Assembly: GCF_032444005.1 (NCBI RefSeq)
Contig: NC_091287.1
Coordinates: 408,270,001 to 408,334,000, forward strand
DNA length: 64,000 bases
Direction: 5' to 3'
From: Ranitomeya imitator
Taxonomy: Eukaryota
Under the pieces are notes generated by a model, which had not been told where the DNA came from, searched no databases, and saw only the letters and a program-made list of their open reading frames with translations. This document shows, one piece after another, positions 11,541 to 24,882 of the stretch (position 1 is the stretch's first letter; every line of letters starts with the position of its first letter). The translations under genes were made by a program, and so were the position numbers.

Positions 11541-14500
11541 CAATTTTGTTACCGCGAATATGTTTGTGTATCCCCATACAGAGGCACAAATTGTGAAAAA
11601 GCATCAGGTCATATAAAGAACCACAAAGGGAGGACATGAGTGGCCATGCAAACTGATATTGGAGAAATTGGCACACCATCTACAGTATATTGGGGTTTCC
11701 TGACTTCAGAATTTCAGCTAACTCAAACCTTTATATCCAGAGGTGCAGAGGTGTCGGCGCCATATACCATCTTTCCTTTTGAGTGCACATGCATGCTCGG
11801 CCAAGCCAAGTACATGTATATAGAAAGGCCGGGTGGAAGAGCTGTCGGCTGACCTTAATTCTATGTAACCGCCTTGATGAACACCATTGCGTACTGCAGA
11901 TATATTATTAAAGATGTGGTTCCATATAAAATGCAGCGGACCTGCATTGAAAACAGCTGCCAGACTCTTCTTGTGCCTTTTGTCTTGGGGCAACACATCA
12001 GCTCGCCCTTTAGAAATATAAGACGGAACACGAAGACTATTTCCACTCTCTAAATAATAATGCACTATACTGCGGAAAACATAATTTACCAAATCATATT
12101 GTAATATAGTTACCAAGACAACATAATTAATGAACGGAACTGAAGCCGCAGGTCACTCACCAGTGAATATTTTTGATATGTTTCCACAAAATTTATAAAA
12201 TTATTCCAACCTTATAGCTTCTCGCATTATATTGAAACTTAATTACGTTTCGTAGAACCTCATCTTTCTAGTCCATTCGGGAAGCATTTGATTTGCATGT
12301 TTAAAGGAATCATGTTTATTGTCAGCTTGGTAGAGCAGCGTACAGACAGAAATGTCTAAGCAACACATAAAACGAACACATATAGAATATACAAAAAAAC
12401 AAACAAACAAACAAGCAACACAGCAAGACACAATTACAAAAGCTGGAAAGTAAAGATAAAATACCAAACGCAAACAGCTAAGCAAATGCAATGTTTGTAG
12501 ATCAAGAAGCTAAAAGATTTTACAAAGGGTTTGCTTTTTATTTGCTTCCTGGAATGTTTCCCTTCAGAATCCTTAGACAACAGTTCATTAAGCTTGGAAT
12601 ACATAAAGCCCGTTAGGCATAATGTAGAACTGAAGAAGCAGCTTAGACCAGAAATGCCAGCAGCTAATGAAGTGGAGAAATGCGACAATGAAACTGTTCA
12701 GCTTTAAAGCAAAGAAGTGAAAAACATACACATCTATATATATAAATATATGGGTAAAAGTAAATGTGGTGAAAAGTAATGAGCAGTCAAAACATTTTTA
12801 ACAGAGTTAAAAAAATGTAGGCATGTTGTGAACCGAGATGTCCAATTTCATACCAGGCTTTTCTCAAAACAGAGAGGATTACCGCCATTCGCCTTTGCAT
12901 GCATTCTAATAAGTCCAAAAAAACGAGGACTGCTCACTGCTTCATTGATATTCTCCCTCTAGGCTAAAGCACAATATGAAATTCAATGAAAACTCTCTTT
13001 CATTTGACAGCACCCTGCGAAAAAGGCATCAAATTGCCGGTGCCCTGGCAAAATTATGCTCTTTGTGCAGGGAATGGCCATTAACAAATTACACAGAAGT
13101 CTAACTACCCATAATTAAATTACTCTGACAGAGTACAGGTTGTGCAGCAACCACTGCTCTCGAAGCATCCGGAAGAATGATGGTTTAACCCGTTACCGGT
13201 CGGAGGCAGCGCCATCACTCTCCTCTAAAGAGAAGCTACTCCATCACAAGCTTAATATGACAAGCTATTTAGAAGGCCACAAACACTGCAGAAGAAGGCT
13301 TAGAGTAAGACTGCTCAATGGGGCAATGAACGCATTAAGCATTGATGTATATTGTGGGTAACTCCAGGTGGACACATTATCAACTATCAATAGCCTGTTA
13401 ATATGGTCCTCGGTCCAATGCCTGAATGACTTATAGAAGGTATAGTAACCATGAATGTACTTACCAACAGTCATCCAATACACTGGTGATCTTAAAGCCA
13501 GAAACTTTTACCCCCCAAAAAAAACATTAAGATGAATATGTAGCCCTTTAAAAGATAAGCCAGTTGATCCCTTTATGGTCCCATTGTGATGCTTCAGTAG
13601 TGAAAAAACGTGTTTTAAAATTCAGCCTGTAAGTGCAATGGGGCATGAAGATGCACTTACAGCTCCTTGGCCTTCACTTTATTACTAAACTAACAGCAAC
13701 CACCCTTGCCTGATTGACAAGATGTGTTCCCTGGCCACTGACCCGCCATTTACCAGGGCAGGATGCTGCAAGTTCAGGAACACAGAGTCCCGTATATTAC
13801 TAAGGCGCTGTAAGTGCATCATCACACCCAAGTGCACTTCCTTACACAACTTCAAAACACGATTTATCACTGCTTAATAGGGTTGTCCGCCCTTAGAGTA
13901 CAAGTCTGCAGTCACTCATTGTGACTGCAGACTTGTGAATCCTCATATTGTGCGCACTGCGCGATGTAAAGGTTCCACGATGCCGGAGTGGGGAGCGGCG
14001 GTTGCGCGAACACAAATATGCAATGTGCATACATGAGGACACGTGCCACCTAGACAAGCACGGTCTCGCTCAATGCAAGTGTATTGAGAGAGATAAGACG
14101 CCATAGTCAAAATGTGGCAGGAAATATACAAATCTCATACTTGTGGTCACATGACCACCCGCTCTCTGTACTGAATCCTCACAGCGCGCACGTATATAGA
14201 TATAGATAGCAAGATGCATACATGTTAAGTACAGCACAGGGGAGCAGCGAGGAGACTGTCACTTATTAAACTATAATAAATGTGCCTATTTGTGCTCTGT
14301 CGAGGGAGTGTGCCGCAGTTGTTGAACTTTGATAAATGGCTTCATATTTCTCGCAATGACTTTTCTATATTTTATTGAGTGAAATCATGTAAACTGACCT
14401 TGGTTTTCTCTTTCTTGCAAACAGTGAAGAATTCAGATGACTGAAAGTTACATTTATATGGGAAAAGAGTGTCTGCAATCGCCTGTTCGTGTAATGGCGT

Positions 14501-16547
14501 TTTATTACTTTTGCGTTTTTCTATATTTTTATCACTTTGAATTCCTCCTAGACATCAGCACATGTCACTGTTTGCTGTGTGCCTGGTACACAGGCTGGTA
14601 GAGGAGAAAGCAGCAATAAAAAGGAATGGAGACCATTGCTTCCATCAGTCCTAGCAGAGTACGGTAGATACGTAGTACGGTAATTATCCCATTTAAGTTG
14701 TAATTTCTTAGAATTTCCATCGTGCGAGGGAGAAATTCTATCAGTGGTTGCCTGTTCATCAATACCTTCCGGTCTTTTATTCTATGGCACGTATCGTATG
14801 TCATGTACAGCTAGTGACAGAATTACCAAATGTATGTCAGCCAGGGCCAGGCTCTTCTTCTAGATCCCAAACTACAATCACAAACCGTAGATATCAGTGT
14901 AAGAGGCTGAAGGACATCATTACAAAAATATCTACGGCTCTTATAATGTGAATTACAATGGTGTACCTCCTGATTAGTGAGCTCCAGAACTTTACCAAAC
15001 CAGTAGGGACGAAGCAGCCGGTGGCCCATGGCCTTCCTTTCTACACATTATGTGGTGAGCGATCAACCACCAGACCTTAATATCCTGATGATGTTAGAAA
15101 ATTACCATTGATACTAAGACTTGAAGGCCAACTCAATGCATGGAAATGTAGTAAAACCACCCGGGGGTCCGACCACTAGGGGCACAGCAGGGTTGAGGAA
15201 CAGAGACCAAACATGCACCTCTGCTCCACTCATTTTCTATGAGACTAACTATCTCGGCATTGATAGAGGTCCTCATGGCCGGACCCCCATGGATCAGCTT
15301 ATGCTACGGAAGGTTGGTAAATTCTAAACTTGGTAAAGCTGTCTGAAGCAAATAACTGGAGAAGAGTGAATCGATTTGAACTAAAATGAACTACATTTCC
15401 AGGAACCTGCTGAACCTGGCAAATTCAAACAACTTGCGATGCAATTTCAGAAAAATTGTCAAAAATTGCTGCCATCAATTCACACTCTGCAGAAGACTGC
15501 ATCAGTCAGAACAGGCTCACATGACTTTTCTTTCCCATAATGGCTTCAGATATTATAGGCTGTATAAAAGCAGAAACAGTCAATTTATGCAGAATCTGGA
15601 TAGTGAGATGCTTCACCATAGAGATAGGGAGAGCAAGACATATAACACTGAATAAACAGTACACATAGTGCATGACAGCACCGCAGCTACGATTCATTAA
15701 CACATGCAGTATATCTGGGGTCACTTTCACATTACTAAGGCTGTTTGAAGTAAAGAACTTGAATATGCTTGGATATGATCCCAGGAGAAAGTCATACACG
15801 TGTATGCAGGACAATTTCAGTACGTTTGCACATAAAATTTTGTGGAAAAAGTTGGCTAAGATGGCAAGTTCTAACCCCCTATAAATACTGTATCCCCTTA
15901 AATGAATCTGCATTGCGAGAAGGAAGCTGCACTAAGTGTAACTGTCATTTTAAATTTCATTTCTTCATAAATCAATAGTAAAATGTGAAAATAAGAAACT
16001 TTGTATTGTACTTCAGAGAAATCTGCTTCTTTTTCCTCCTGAGCTGATCTTTCATTCTAAACAGTTTCAGTTGAGGGGTAAAATCTGTCTTTAGTGAAAA
16101 CCGATTTTCCCATTACTGAGATAGAGATGATAGTTGGTGCTAATGAAGTTGTATGGAAGATTGTAATTGTAGTTTCAGGAGAACTTGCAGCCGAATGTCT
16201 GTCTCCGCCTCTAGCTCCTCCCTTCCTCCATGGAATTTTAAAAGCACCAACTGTCATCTCCTATCTCAGTAATTGGGAAATCTGTGTTCACTGACTGCAC
16301 ATTTTACCCATGACTTGATAATGATTAGGTATGAGCAGACCCGTGGAAGTTCTGGTTCTGGTACCTGACCCAAACTTTTTTCCAAAGTTCGGTTCAGGAA
16401 CCAGAACTGTACCCGAACTTGAACTAGAACCCAAATCCTATTGAAAACAATGGAAACCTGAACTCTGGCTCTAGAAAATTCTCTCTCTCTTGCTGCAATG
16501 GTCTTCCCCCGGAACAAGGGCTGTGGCGTCGGAGTCGTGGAGTTTAA

Positions 16548-17283
16548 AGGCCCCGTCACACATAGCGAGATCGCTAGCGAGATCGCTGCTGAGTCACAAG
16601 TTTTGTGACGCAACAGCGATCTCAGTAGCGATCTCGCTATGTGTGACACGTACCAGCGATCAGGCCCCTGCTGTGAGATCGCTGGTCGTGTCGGAATGGC
16701 CTGGGCCATTTTTTGATCGTTGAGGTCCCACTGACATCGCTGAATCAGCGTGTGTGACGCCGATTCAGCGATGTCTTCGCTGGTAACCAGGGTAAACATC
16801 GGGTAACTAAGCGCAGGGCCGCGCTTAGTAACCCGATGTTTACCCTGGTTACCATCCTAAAAGTAAAAAAACAAACGCTACATACTTACCTATCGCTGTC
16901 TGTCCTCAGCGCTCTGCTTCTCTGGTCTGGCTGTGAGCGCCGGTCAGCCGGAAAGCAGAGCGGTGACGTCACCGCTCTGCTTTCCGGCCGCTGTGCTCAC
17001 AGCCAGACCAGAGAAGCAGAGCGCCGAGGACAGACAGCGATAGGTAAGTACAGTAGCGTTTGTTTTTTTTTACTTTAACGATGGTAACCAGGGTAAACAT
17101 CGGGTTACTAACCACGGCCCTGCGCTTAGTTACCCGATGTTTACCCTGGTTACCGGGGACCTCGGGATCGTTGGTCGCTGGAGAGCTGTCTGTGTGACAG
17201 CTCTCCAGCGACCAAACAGCGACGCTGCAGCGATCCGGATCGTTGTCGGTATCGCTGCAGCGTCGCTATGTGTGACGGGGCCT
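16548..17283. mobile_element. PIF/Harbinger-like hairpin MITE
   Basis: TAA|AGGCCCCGTCACAC ... GTGTGACGGGGCCT|TAA; two internal ~72-bp hairpins GGTAACCAGGGTAAACATCGGGT(A/T)ACT...GTAACCCGATGTTTACCCTGGTTACC. Confidence 0.85.
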
Positions 17284-17467
17284 TAAGTCCATTTTGGTGG
17301 AGTGGGTATAAAATGGACCGACTCTGACTCCTAAAATATATAATAAATTGGGTACAGTAGATCAGTGCAGGATGTGCTGTAAAGGTTTTCATAATAATTT
17401 GGGAAAGCAATAAAATGTCCTACAAACGTCTGTTCTGTTATCCAAGGATCTCGGCTTTTAGTTGAGA

Positions 17468-18592
17468 TGAATCTGTACTGCACTTTATGTACATACTCAG
17501 TGAATCTGTGCTGCACTTTATGAACATACTCAGTGAATCTGTGCTGCACTTTATGTACATACTCAGTGAATCTGTGCTGCACTTTATGTACATACTCAGT
17601 GAATCTGTGCTGCACTTTATGTACATACTCAGTGAATCTGTGCTGCACTTTATGTACATGATCAGTGAATCTGTGCTGCACTTTATGTACATGATCAGTG
17701 AATCTGTGCTGCACTTTATGTACATGATCAGTGAATCTGTGCTGCACTTTATGTACATGATCAGTGAATCTGTGCTGCACTTTATGTACATGATCAGTGA
17801 ATCTGTGCTGCACTTTATGTACATGATCAGTGAATCTGTGCTGCACTTTATGTACATACTCAGTGAATCTGTGCTGCACTTTATGTACATGATCAGTGAA
17901 TCTGTGCTGCACTTTATGTACATACTCAGTGAATCTGTGCTGCACTTTATGTACATACTCAGTGAATCTGTGCTGCACTTTATGTACATGATCAGTGAAT
18001 CTGTGCTGCACTTTATGTACATGATCAGTGAATCTGTGCTGCACTTCATGTACATGCTCAGTGAATCTGTGCTGCACTTTATGTACATACTCAGTGAATC
18101 TGTGCTGCACTTTATGTACATGATCAGTGAATCTGTGCTGCACTTTATGTACATACTCAGTGAATCTGTGCTGCACTTTATGTACATACTCAGTGAATCT
18201 GTGCTGCACTTTATGTACATGATCAGTGAATCTGTGCTGCACTTTATGTACATGATCAGTGAATCTGTGCTGCACTTTATGTACATGATCAGTGAATCTG
18301 TGCTGCACTTTATGTACATGATCAGTGAATCTGTGCTGCACTTTATGTACATGATCAGTGAATCTGTGCTGCACTTTATGTACATGATCAGTGAATCTGT
18401 GCTGCACTTTATGTACATGCTCTGTGAATCTGTGCTGCACTTTAAGTACATGCTCAGTGAATCTGTGCTGCACTTTATGTACATACTCAGTGAATCTGTG
18501 CTGCACTTTAAGTACATGCTCAGTGAATCTGTGCTGCACTTTATGTACATACTCAGTGAATCTGTGCTGCACTTTATGTACGTGCTCAGTAG
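17468..18592. repeat. 33-bp satellite AGTGAATCTGTGCTGCACTTTATGTACAT(GA/AC)TC, about 34 copies
   Basis: Highly homogeneous tandem array; the unit is a multiple of 3, giving the 370-413-aa repeat ORFs. Confidence 0.95.
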
Positions 18593-20224
18593 TGAGGCAG
18601 GGCTGTGGAGTTGGAAGTCATGGAAATTGAGGAGTCAGAGTCGGTGGTTTGGCTTACCAAATCCACTGCCCTGCTAGGAACTCTGAACATTGCGCTAACT
18701 GTCGGATATGAACCCCAAACTTTTAAATTTGGGTTCACTCATCGTTAATAATGAGCAATACAAGAGTAGAAGGAAGAGTTCTCTGATAAGATAAGTGGCT
18801 TATTTTTATGAGTATTGATCTATGAAATAAAAATGAAAACAACGGATATTCGTTAAGCGTGTCTGGTTTGGGCAATGGAAGGGGAGAAACTATGCTCAGT
18901 GCATAGTGCCCCCTGGATTTCCACCTTTATACCTTGTGGGAGAAGATGGTGCTGGTCCAGAGCACTTGGCTGGAAGTACACTGCAGAAGCTTTACAGACG
19001 GGAACAGCAATACACATTGTCTGGCGGATGGAGAATGCCATTAGGAATTTTACAAACCTAGACTTGTATACTTATTTATATTAATGACTCCGTTCAGTGG
19101 TTTCCTGAGACACCTGAATGCAAAACATGAATTCTAAAGGTCTTGTTTTTTTCCTGAACTAATGAGGGACACAAGAAATGTGAAAAACAATACAAATCAA
19201 TACCTCATATAAGTTCAAAGTCTCCATCCAGAAAAATGTGTTTCTAGGACGTACTTTACAGGTGCTCAATAACAGATCTGTACCAGCAAAATCAGGGGCA
19301 CGTGAAGAATGGATGGAGCCATGTTCTGCCGCAGCTGGTATACCCATATGGCTCCATTACCCGAGCACCCAGGACCAGCTACATTCCCTAACAAATACAC
19401 AATATTACCATTATTTTCTTCAATCTCATTTAGGAACCACTGACTGTTAATTCGAAGGGAAAGAAAAAATATCATAATTTGCCTGCGGGTAAAAAACACA
19501 AGATGTTAAGCACAATGTTCTGTGTCGAAATGGAGGTCATTAAAATGTTGCTGGAATCTGTAATTAGCTGAGGCCACAAGCGCCCGTAATAGTAAGATAA
19601 CTTAGAAGGAGCGCGTTGTTCGAGATACCGCAGCGTGCAGATTATATATTGGATGCCACACTAAAATCTATGATCCCAAATCTGCTGTGACCGTGCAATG
19701 TTTAATTACCACACTCTCCGCGCGGTGCGGTGATGCAGGACTGCGCCTCTTAAAAACACACATCATAAAGTCTCTTCACATTCTCCCAAATGGTTTTGTT
19801 TTTCTCCTTTCTCTTTGCAAATTGCGGTTTCTTCCATCTTGAATGTGAGAAAACCATTAAACAAGGGAAGGCGCTGACGGATAATTGGCCAAATCGGGTT
19901 ATGGAGGAATAATTAAGCTACAACCCAGCGCAAGAGGTGTTTGTTTTTATGCCAAAGTACGGTAATTATCGATTTGTAAGACAAAATGCTGTCTGCTCCC
20001 CAAATGTTGCCAGCAGGACGACACAGGAGCAAAGCTCAGCACCAGGTCCAGATACACCACCTGCTAAATGCTGCTACACAGACACAGTCTATTAAAGGGG
20101 CGGGCTACTAGCCATACACTCAAAACGTATGGGCATAACAGGGGTAGTACCCTGGACAGCAACCGCTCCGTCTGATAAAGTCAAGGGCCACGGACTGTCT
20201 AATGTGAAAACTAAAGGCAATGTA

Positions 20225-21180
20225 TCACACAGACACATAATCTGCTATCACACATACCGTAATCTGCTATCACAGACACATAATCTGCCATCACATATAA
20301 TCTGTTATCACAGACACATAATCTGCCATCACACATACATAATCTGCCATCAAACATAATCTGCTATCAGAGATACATGATCTGCCATCACACATACATA
20401 ATCTGCCATCACAGATACATAATCTGCCATCACACATAAATCTGCCATAACAGATACATAATCTGCCATTACACGTAATCTGCCACTGCACAGGCACATA
20501 ATCTGCCATCAACAATACTCTGCCATCACAGATACATAATCTGCCACCACAGATAATTTGGCATCACACAGACACATATGGTAATCACAGGAGCTAGCAT
20601 CCTGGACAGCAACAGCTCCATTTGCTAAAGTCAAGGGCCACTGACCTGCCATCACAAATAATCTGTCATCACCAACAATCTACAATCACAGACACATAAA
20701 CTGCCATCACAAAGGCACATAATCTAACATTACACGTAATCTGCCATCACACAAGCACATAATCTGCCAATGCCATCACAAAGACATACTGTATAATCTT
20801 CCATCACACAGACACAATCTGCCATCATACAGACACATAATCTTTCATCACACGGACACATAATCTGCCATCACAGATAATCTGTCATCATCACACACAT
20901 AATCTGCCAACACACAGACCATATAATCAGCCATCACAAGGCACATAATCAGTCACCATAGATAATCTTCCATCACATATAATCTGCCATCACAAAGACA
21001 AATAATCTGCCATCTCACAGGCAGAAAATCTGAAATGATAGAGGCAGATAATCTGTGGTCACACAGATAGATAATCTGTCAGTACACAGATCTACCATCA
21101 TACAGACTATCTGTCACCTCACAGATAATCTGCCATAACAAAGGAAGCTAATTTGCCCTCATACATACACAATCTTCCAT
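20225..21180. repeat. Degenerate minisatellite based on ATAATCTGCCATCACA
   Basis: Many imperfect copies; continues briefly after the MITE at 21186-21636. Confidence 0.85.
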
Positions 21181-21185
21181 CCTAA

Positions 21186-21636
21186 AGGTACCGTCACACT
21201 CAGCAACTTTGCAAAGAGAACGACAACGATCCGTGACGTTGCAGCATCCTGGATAGCGATCTCGTTGTGTTTGACACGCAGCAGCGATCTGGATCCCGCT
21301 GTGCCATCGCTGGTCGGAGTTAGAAGTCCAGAACTTTATTTCATCACCAGGTCGGCATGTATCGTCATGTTTGACATCAAAAGCAACGACGCCAGCAACG
21401 AGCATAGGGCCCCTAGATGTGTGTCGGATCGGTACACTCCGGCTGTTTGACATGGAGCTAACAACCAGCGAGAACGAGAAGTGAGTCGCCGTTACATCAC
21501 TGGATCGCTCCTGCATCGTTCTGGAGTTGCTGTGTTTGACGTCTCTACAGCGACCTAAGCAGCGATGCTCCAGCGATCTAGTTTAGGTCGGCTCGTTGTC
21601 TATATCGCTGCAGCGCCGCTGAGTGTGACGGTACCT
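21186..21636. mobile_element. Short PIF/Harbinger-like MITE lacking the central hairpins
   Basis: AGGTACCGTCACAC ... GTGTGACGGTACCT; flanks TAA / TTA; left arm is the reverse complement of the right arm of the 51.7 and 56.9 kb copies. Confidence 0.75.
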
Positions 21637-22094
21637 TTACATCACAAAGGCAGATAATCTGAGGGGAGCTTGTGACTGATCTTTGTGCCATTTAAACTTT
21701 GTGATGAGCAGTCAACGAATGAGCGAAATGCTTATTTAGCTGATGGGACTGACAAAGCAGACCTACATATTGTTGTAGGATATCACCCAGTGTAAATGGA
21801 GGAGCTGCTGACAATATGGAAACTGTATGGGGACCGAACAATCATATGAATGATTATTTATCACCGCAGAGTTTGCATCAGCCCGTGTGCAGGACCTACA
21901 GTGAGTGGCTTGGTTACATCGTCAGCTGGCGCCCACTGTGCCTGTGTACCCACATTGTGCCCACAGTGTACCCACCATTGGAGCGTTCTCTGTTATTAAA
22001 CATCCTATCTGTAACTCACTGCCTGCTATCTGTGGACATCATGGCAATCACATCCCAAGCATTAATGCCATGGTTCAGTAATACCTGTAATATA

Positions 22095-22390
22095 CAGGTA
22101 CCTATCACAAAAATAGAATATCAAAGAGTTAATTTATTTCAGTTCTTCAATACAAAAAGTTAAACTCATAATATATAGAGTCATTACAAACACAGTGATC
22201 TATTTCATGTGTTTTTTTCTGTTAATGTTGATGATTACGGCTTACAGCCAATGAAAACCCACTTGAAAAAAACACTTGAAATAGGTCACTCTGTAATGAC
22301 TCTATATAATAAAGGAGTTTAACTTTTTGTATTGAAGAACTGAAATAAATTAACTTTTTGATGATATTCTAATTTTGTGAGAAGCACCTG
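22095..22390. mobile_element. Non-autonomous Tc1-type MITE
   Basis: TA|CAGGTACCTATCACAAAAATAGAATATC ... GATATTCTAATTTTGTGAGAAGCACCTG|TA with ~100-bp inverted arms. Confidence 0.75.
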
Positions 22391-24550
22391 TATCAGGCTG
22401 GAAAATATCAGATGTCCTCCGGTATTTGCAATGTGCCCCCACAAATCGTTAAGATGCAATGTATGTGAAGACGCTGCACGTAGCACAGGTTAGATAGTTC
22501 TCCCACCAGATGGCACATTATCATTATGTGCGACAATCCCGTAATGCAGAAATGACACGCTACGGGGAGAATAAACTACTGCTACTATGATTAATAAACT
22601 GCGGGTCACAATGCGGAAAGTGAACTTCAGACAACAGAGCAGTTGTACTTTATTAGCTCTTATAGGACAATTCTGGCCAATTTTTCTCCATTCTCTAAAC
22701 TATCTTTGCCCTTAATGTCATGTTTGAAAGCATTTTTTCTTTCTTAATGACAAATTATGCTCTTAGCGCTGGACTTTTTGCCAGGCAACAAGCACCATGT
22801 AATAAGGAGGTGACCACTGCCCCGGCTTGTTCTGCTCTGTAATGAGGTTGTCACCTGTCTGCGCGTAGCAATGGAAGTTGGGAATGCGTGGAGAAAACAG
22901 ACAGGGGTCAAGCATGGAGGTCAAGCACAATAAAAGCACTGGTACTATAGTCAACTGGAGGATTTGACTTTTTTATACGCAGGACTTGGATTCTTAACTA
23001 CAAAAATTGAATAAAATAGTGAAGTACGTTACCAGAACCAAAGAGATGCGGCCATTTACATCGCAGTCGCGGTGTGACTACACAAACCCATGGACCATAC
23101 ACATCGAGAAAAGGTAAGAAAGGACACATCTGTATATAATTAAAGGCCTTCATAAGTGACGAGAAATCTAGGTTAGAAAAGTGCCCTGAGGAAAAAAAAA
23201 AGTAAAAATAACAATAAAAAATAATGTTTTTCACTGAGGAGTGGCTGCCTTTATTTGTATTCTTCCTACAGTAACCCTTTCCCTTTTGAGCAAAGTCACA
23301 AAGGCGAGCCAGGATGAAAATGGAGATGCTGCTTTTTGTTGCTTCAGTTTAATGGAAATGCCTATGCAGCTTTTTATATAGAAATACTGGCCGTCAGCAA
23401 AACATAGATTTGGTGACTCAAACAAAGCGTACATTACATGTGATTCAGTGATCCCTTTGAAATCCGGACCCTGTCACTCACCGGCACAGTCTCCTTGAAC
23501 GCTGACAATCCGGCCCCACATTGTGCAAAATGCTGGAGAAAACATTTATTTAGCAGATGAAGGGACGGAGAGTGACCCTATTCTTACATACACGGCCCTC
23601 GGAGCGTGAGGAAATTACACACAACGTGACGGTACGCATTTTGTCAAGAGTTAACGTATGGTCCTATAAGAATTCACAATATAGGTCAGTGCCAAACGGC
23701 TATTATTTCAGGAATCTAGGACTCATAGTAATCTCATTATAGCGTTCCAACACATTAATTTATGTAGCGGTGATAACAATGCTCCGCAAGACTCCGGGCA
23801 GACAGCTGTCTGCGCTTCTCATATACCTGCACTGAAAAACCTTGGAAATGTAATTAAGTGAGCCATGTTCTCATCAATCAGAGGGGTGTAGCTCACGACT
23901 GCCGGGCATCTGACTCCAGAAAGGAGGCCGCCACCATCTACTGTATTATGTTATTTAATCAAGAGACTAATACCAGTCCCTGTGCCTTTATGTTCTCCAT
24001 CATCTCCTTACCGTCTCCTCTGATATATCTTGTCATCTATGTAATATCAACATAAGGGACACGTGAGCAACGCCCTGTGATGAGCGCCATCTGACAACTT
24101 ATTATTTTATCATTTATATACATAAAGTAAGGTTAGAGTAATTGTTCAGATAATTACGTACTGTTAACACAAGCGATTCATGGGGTCTATATGGCTTTGG
24201 CATGTCTAATGGCAAGAATAGTGCTGCAGACACCGCCATCTCGCTGTAAAAATATCACGCAGAACTACATAGCACTAATGTGAAAATATACTCGCGCTAC
24301 GGCCCTTTTTTTACAGTAAGTGATGCCTCACTTCTATGCCCATTTATGAAGCAGTCGCGCTAAAGACCAAGGATCGCTAATATATATATTTCTATAACTA
24401 AGTGTGTATATACAAAATATAGATTGGAAGCAGCGGTTCAATGGAAATCAGTGAAAAAAGTTGACTTTTTTCACATATACACATGGTTAAAATTGTTGGT
24501 ACCCCTCGTTTAATGGCAGAAAAGCCCACAATGGTCACAGAAATAACTTG

Positions 24551-24882
24551 GTCCCGACCCGTAGAAGCGCAAGCACAGCGCGAAATGGCCGTCGTCCCCG
24601 ATCTCCCCTGCTCACACGAGCTGCGGCTCCTTCACCTCCGGCCATGAATTTTATGTGGACTTGTTACCAATAAAGGTTTGAATCTTGTGAAGACCGGTGA
24701 GTGCCCTCATCTTTTCTTATATGTGGATTGTGCAGATGGACGTCTAGCTTCAGAGGAGCACCTAAGGTCTGGATTATATGGCGGCGCAATATTATGCTCG
24801 TGACCAGTACGCCCTGTTAGTGGTCTAAAGTAAAGCCTCAACGTTGGGGACAGTGCCGCTCCGCTTTTGTCTCTTTGTTCAT

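Larger units (their letters stand above)
16516..18673. mobile_element. Non-autonomous hAT-like element (CAGGGCTGTGG TIR) carrying a satellite array
   Basis: Termini AAGGGCTGTGG ... CCACTGCCCTG; flanking 8-mers CCCGGAAC / CTAGGAAC (6/8); GAGTCGGAGTC subterminal repeats. Confidence 0.65.
16326..18747. mobile_element. hAT-like TAGAGATGAGCG-family MITE (outer layer of a nested insertion)
   Basis: Termini TAGGTATGAGC ... CACTCATCGTTA; 8-bp TSD ATAATGAT (16318-16325) / ATAATGAG (18748-18755). Confidence 0.7.

Noticed and set aside
16266-16799. 177-aa ORF and similar MFTLVT.. ORFs at 42.9, 49.6-50.1 and 51.7-57.6 kb
   Set aside because: All derive from the non-coding palindromic MITE; no transposase motifs.
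17331-18677. Long ORFs of 413, 370 and 396 aa
   Set aside because: They are translations of a 33-bp (11-codon) satellite lacking stops in three frames; no protein-like complexity.
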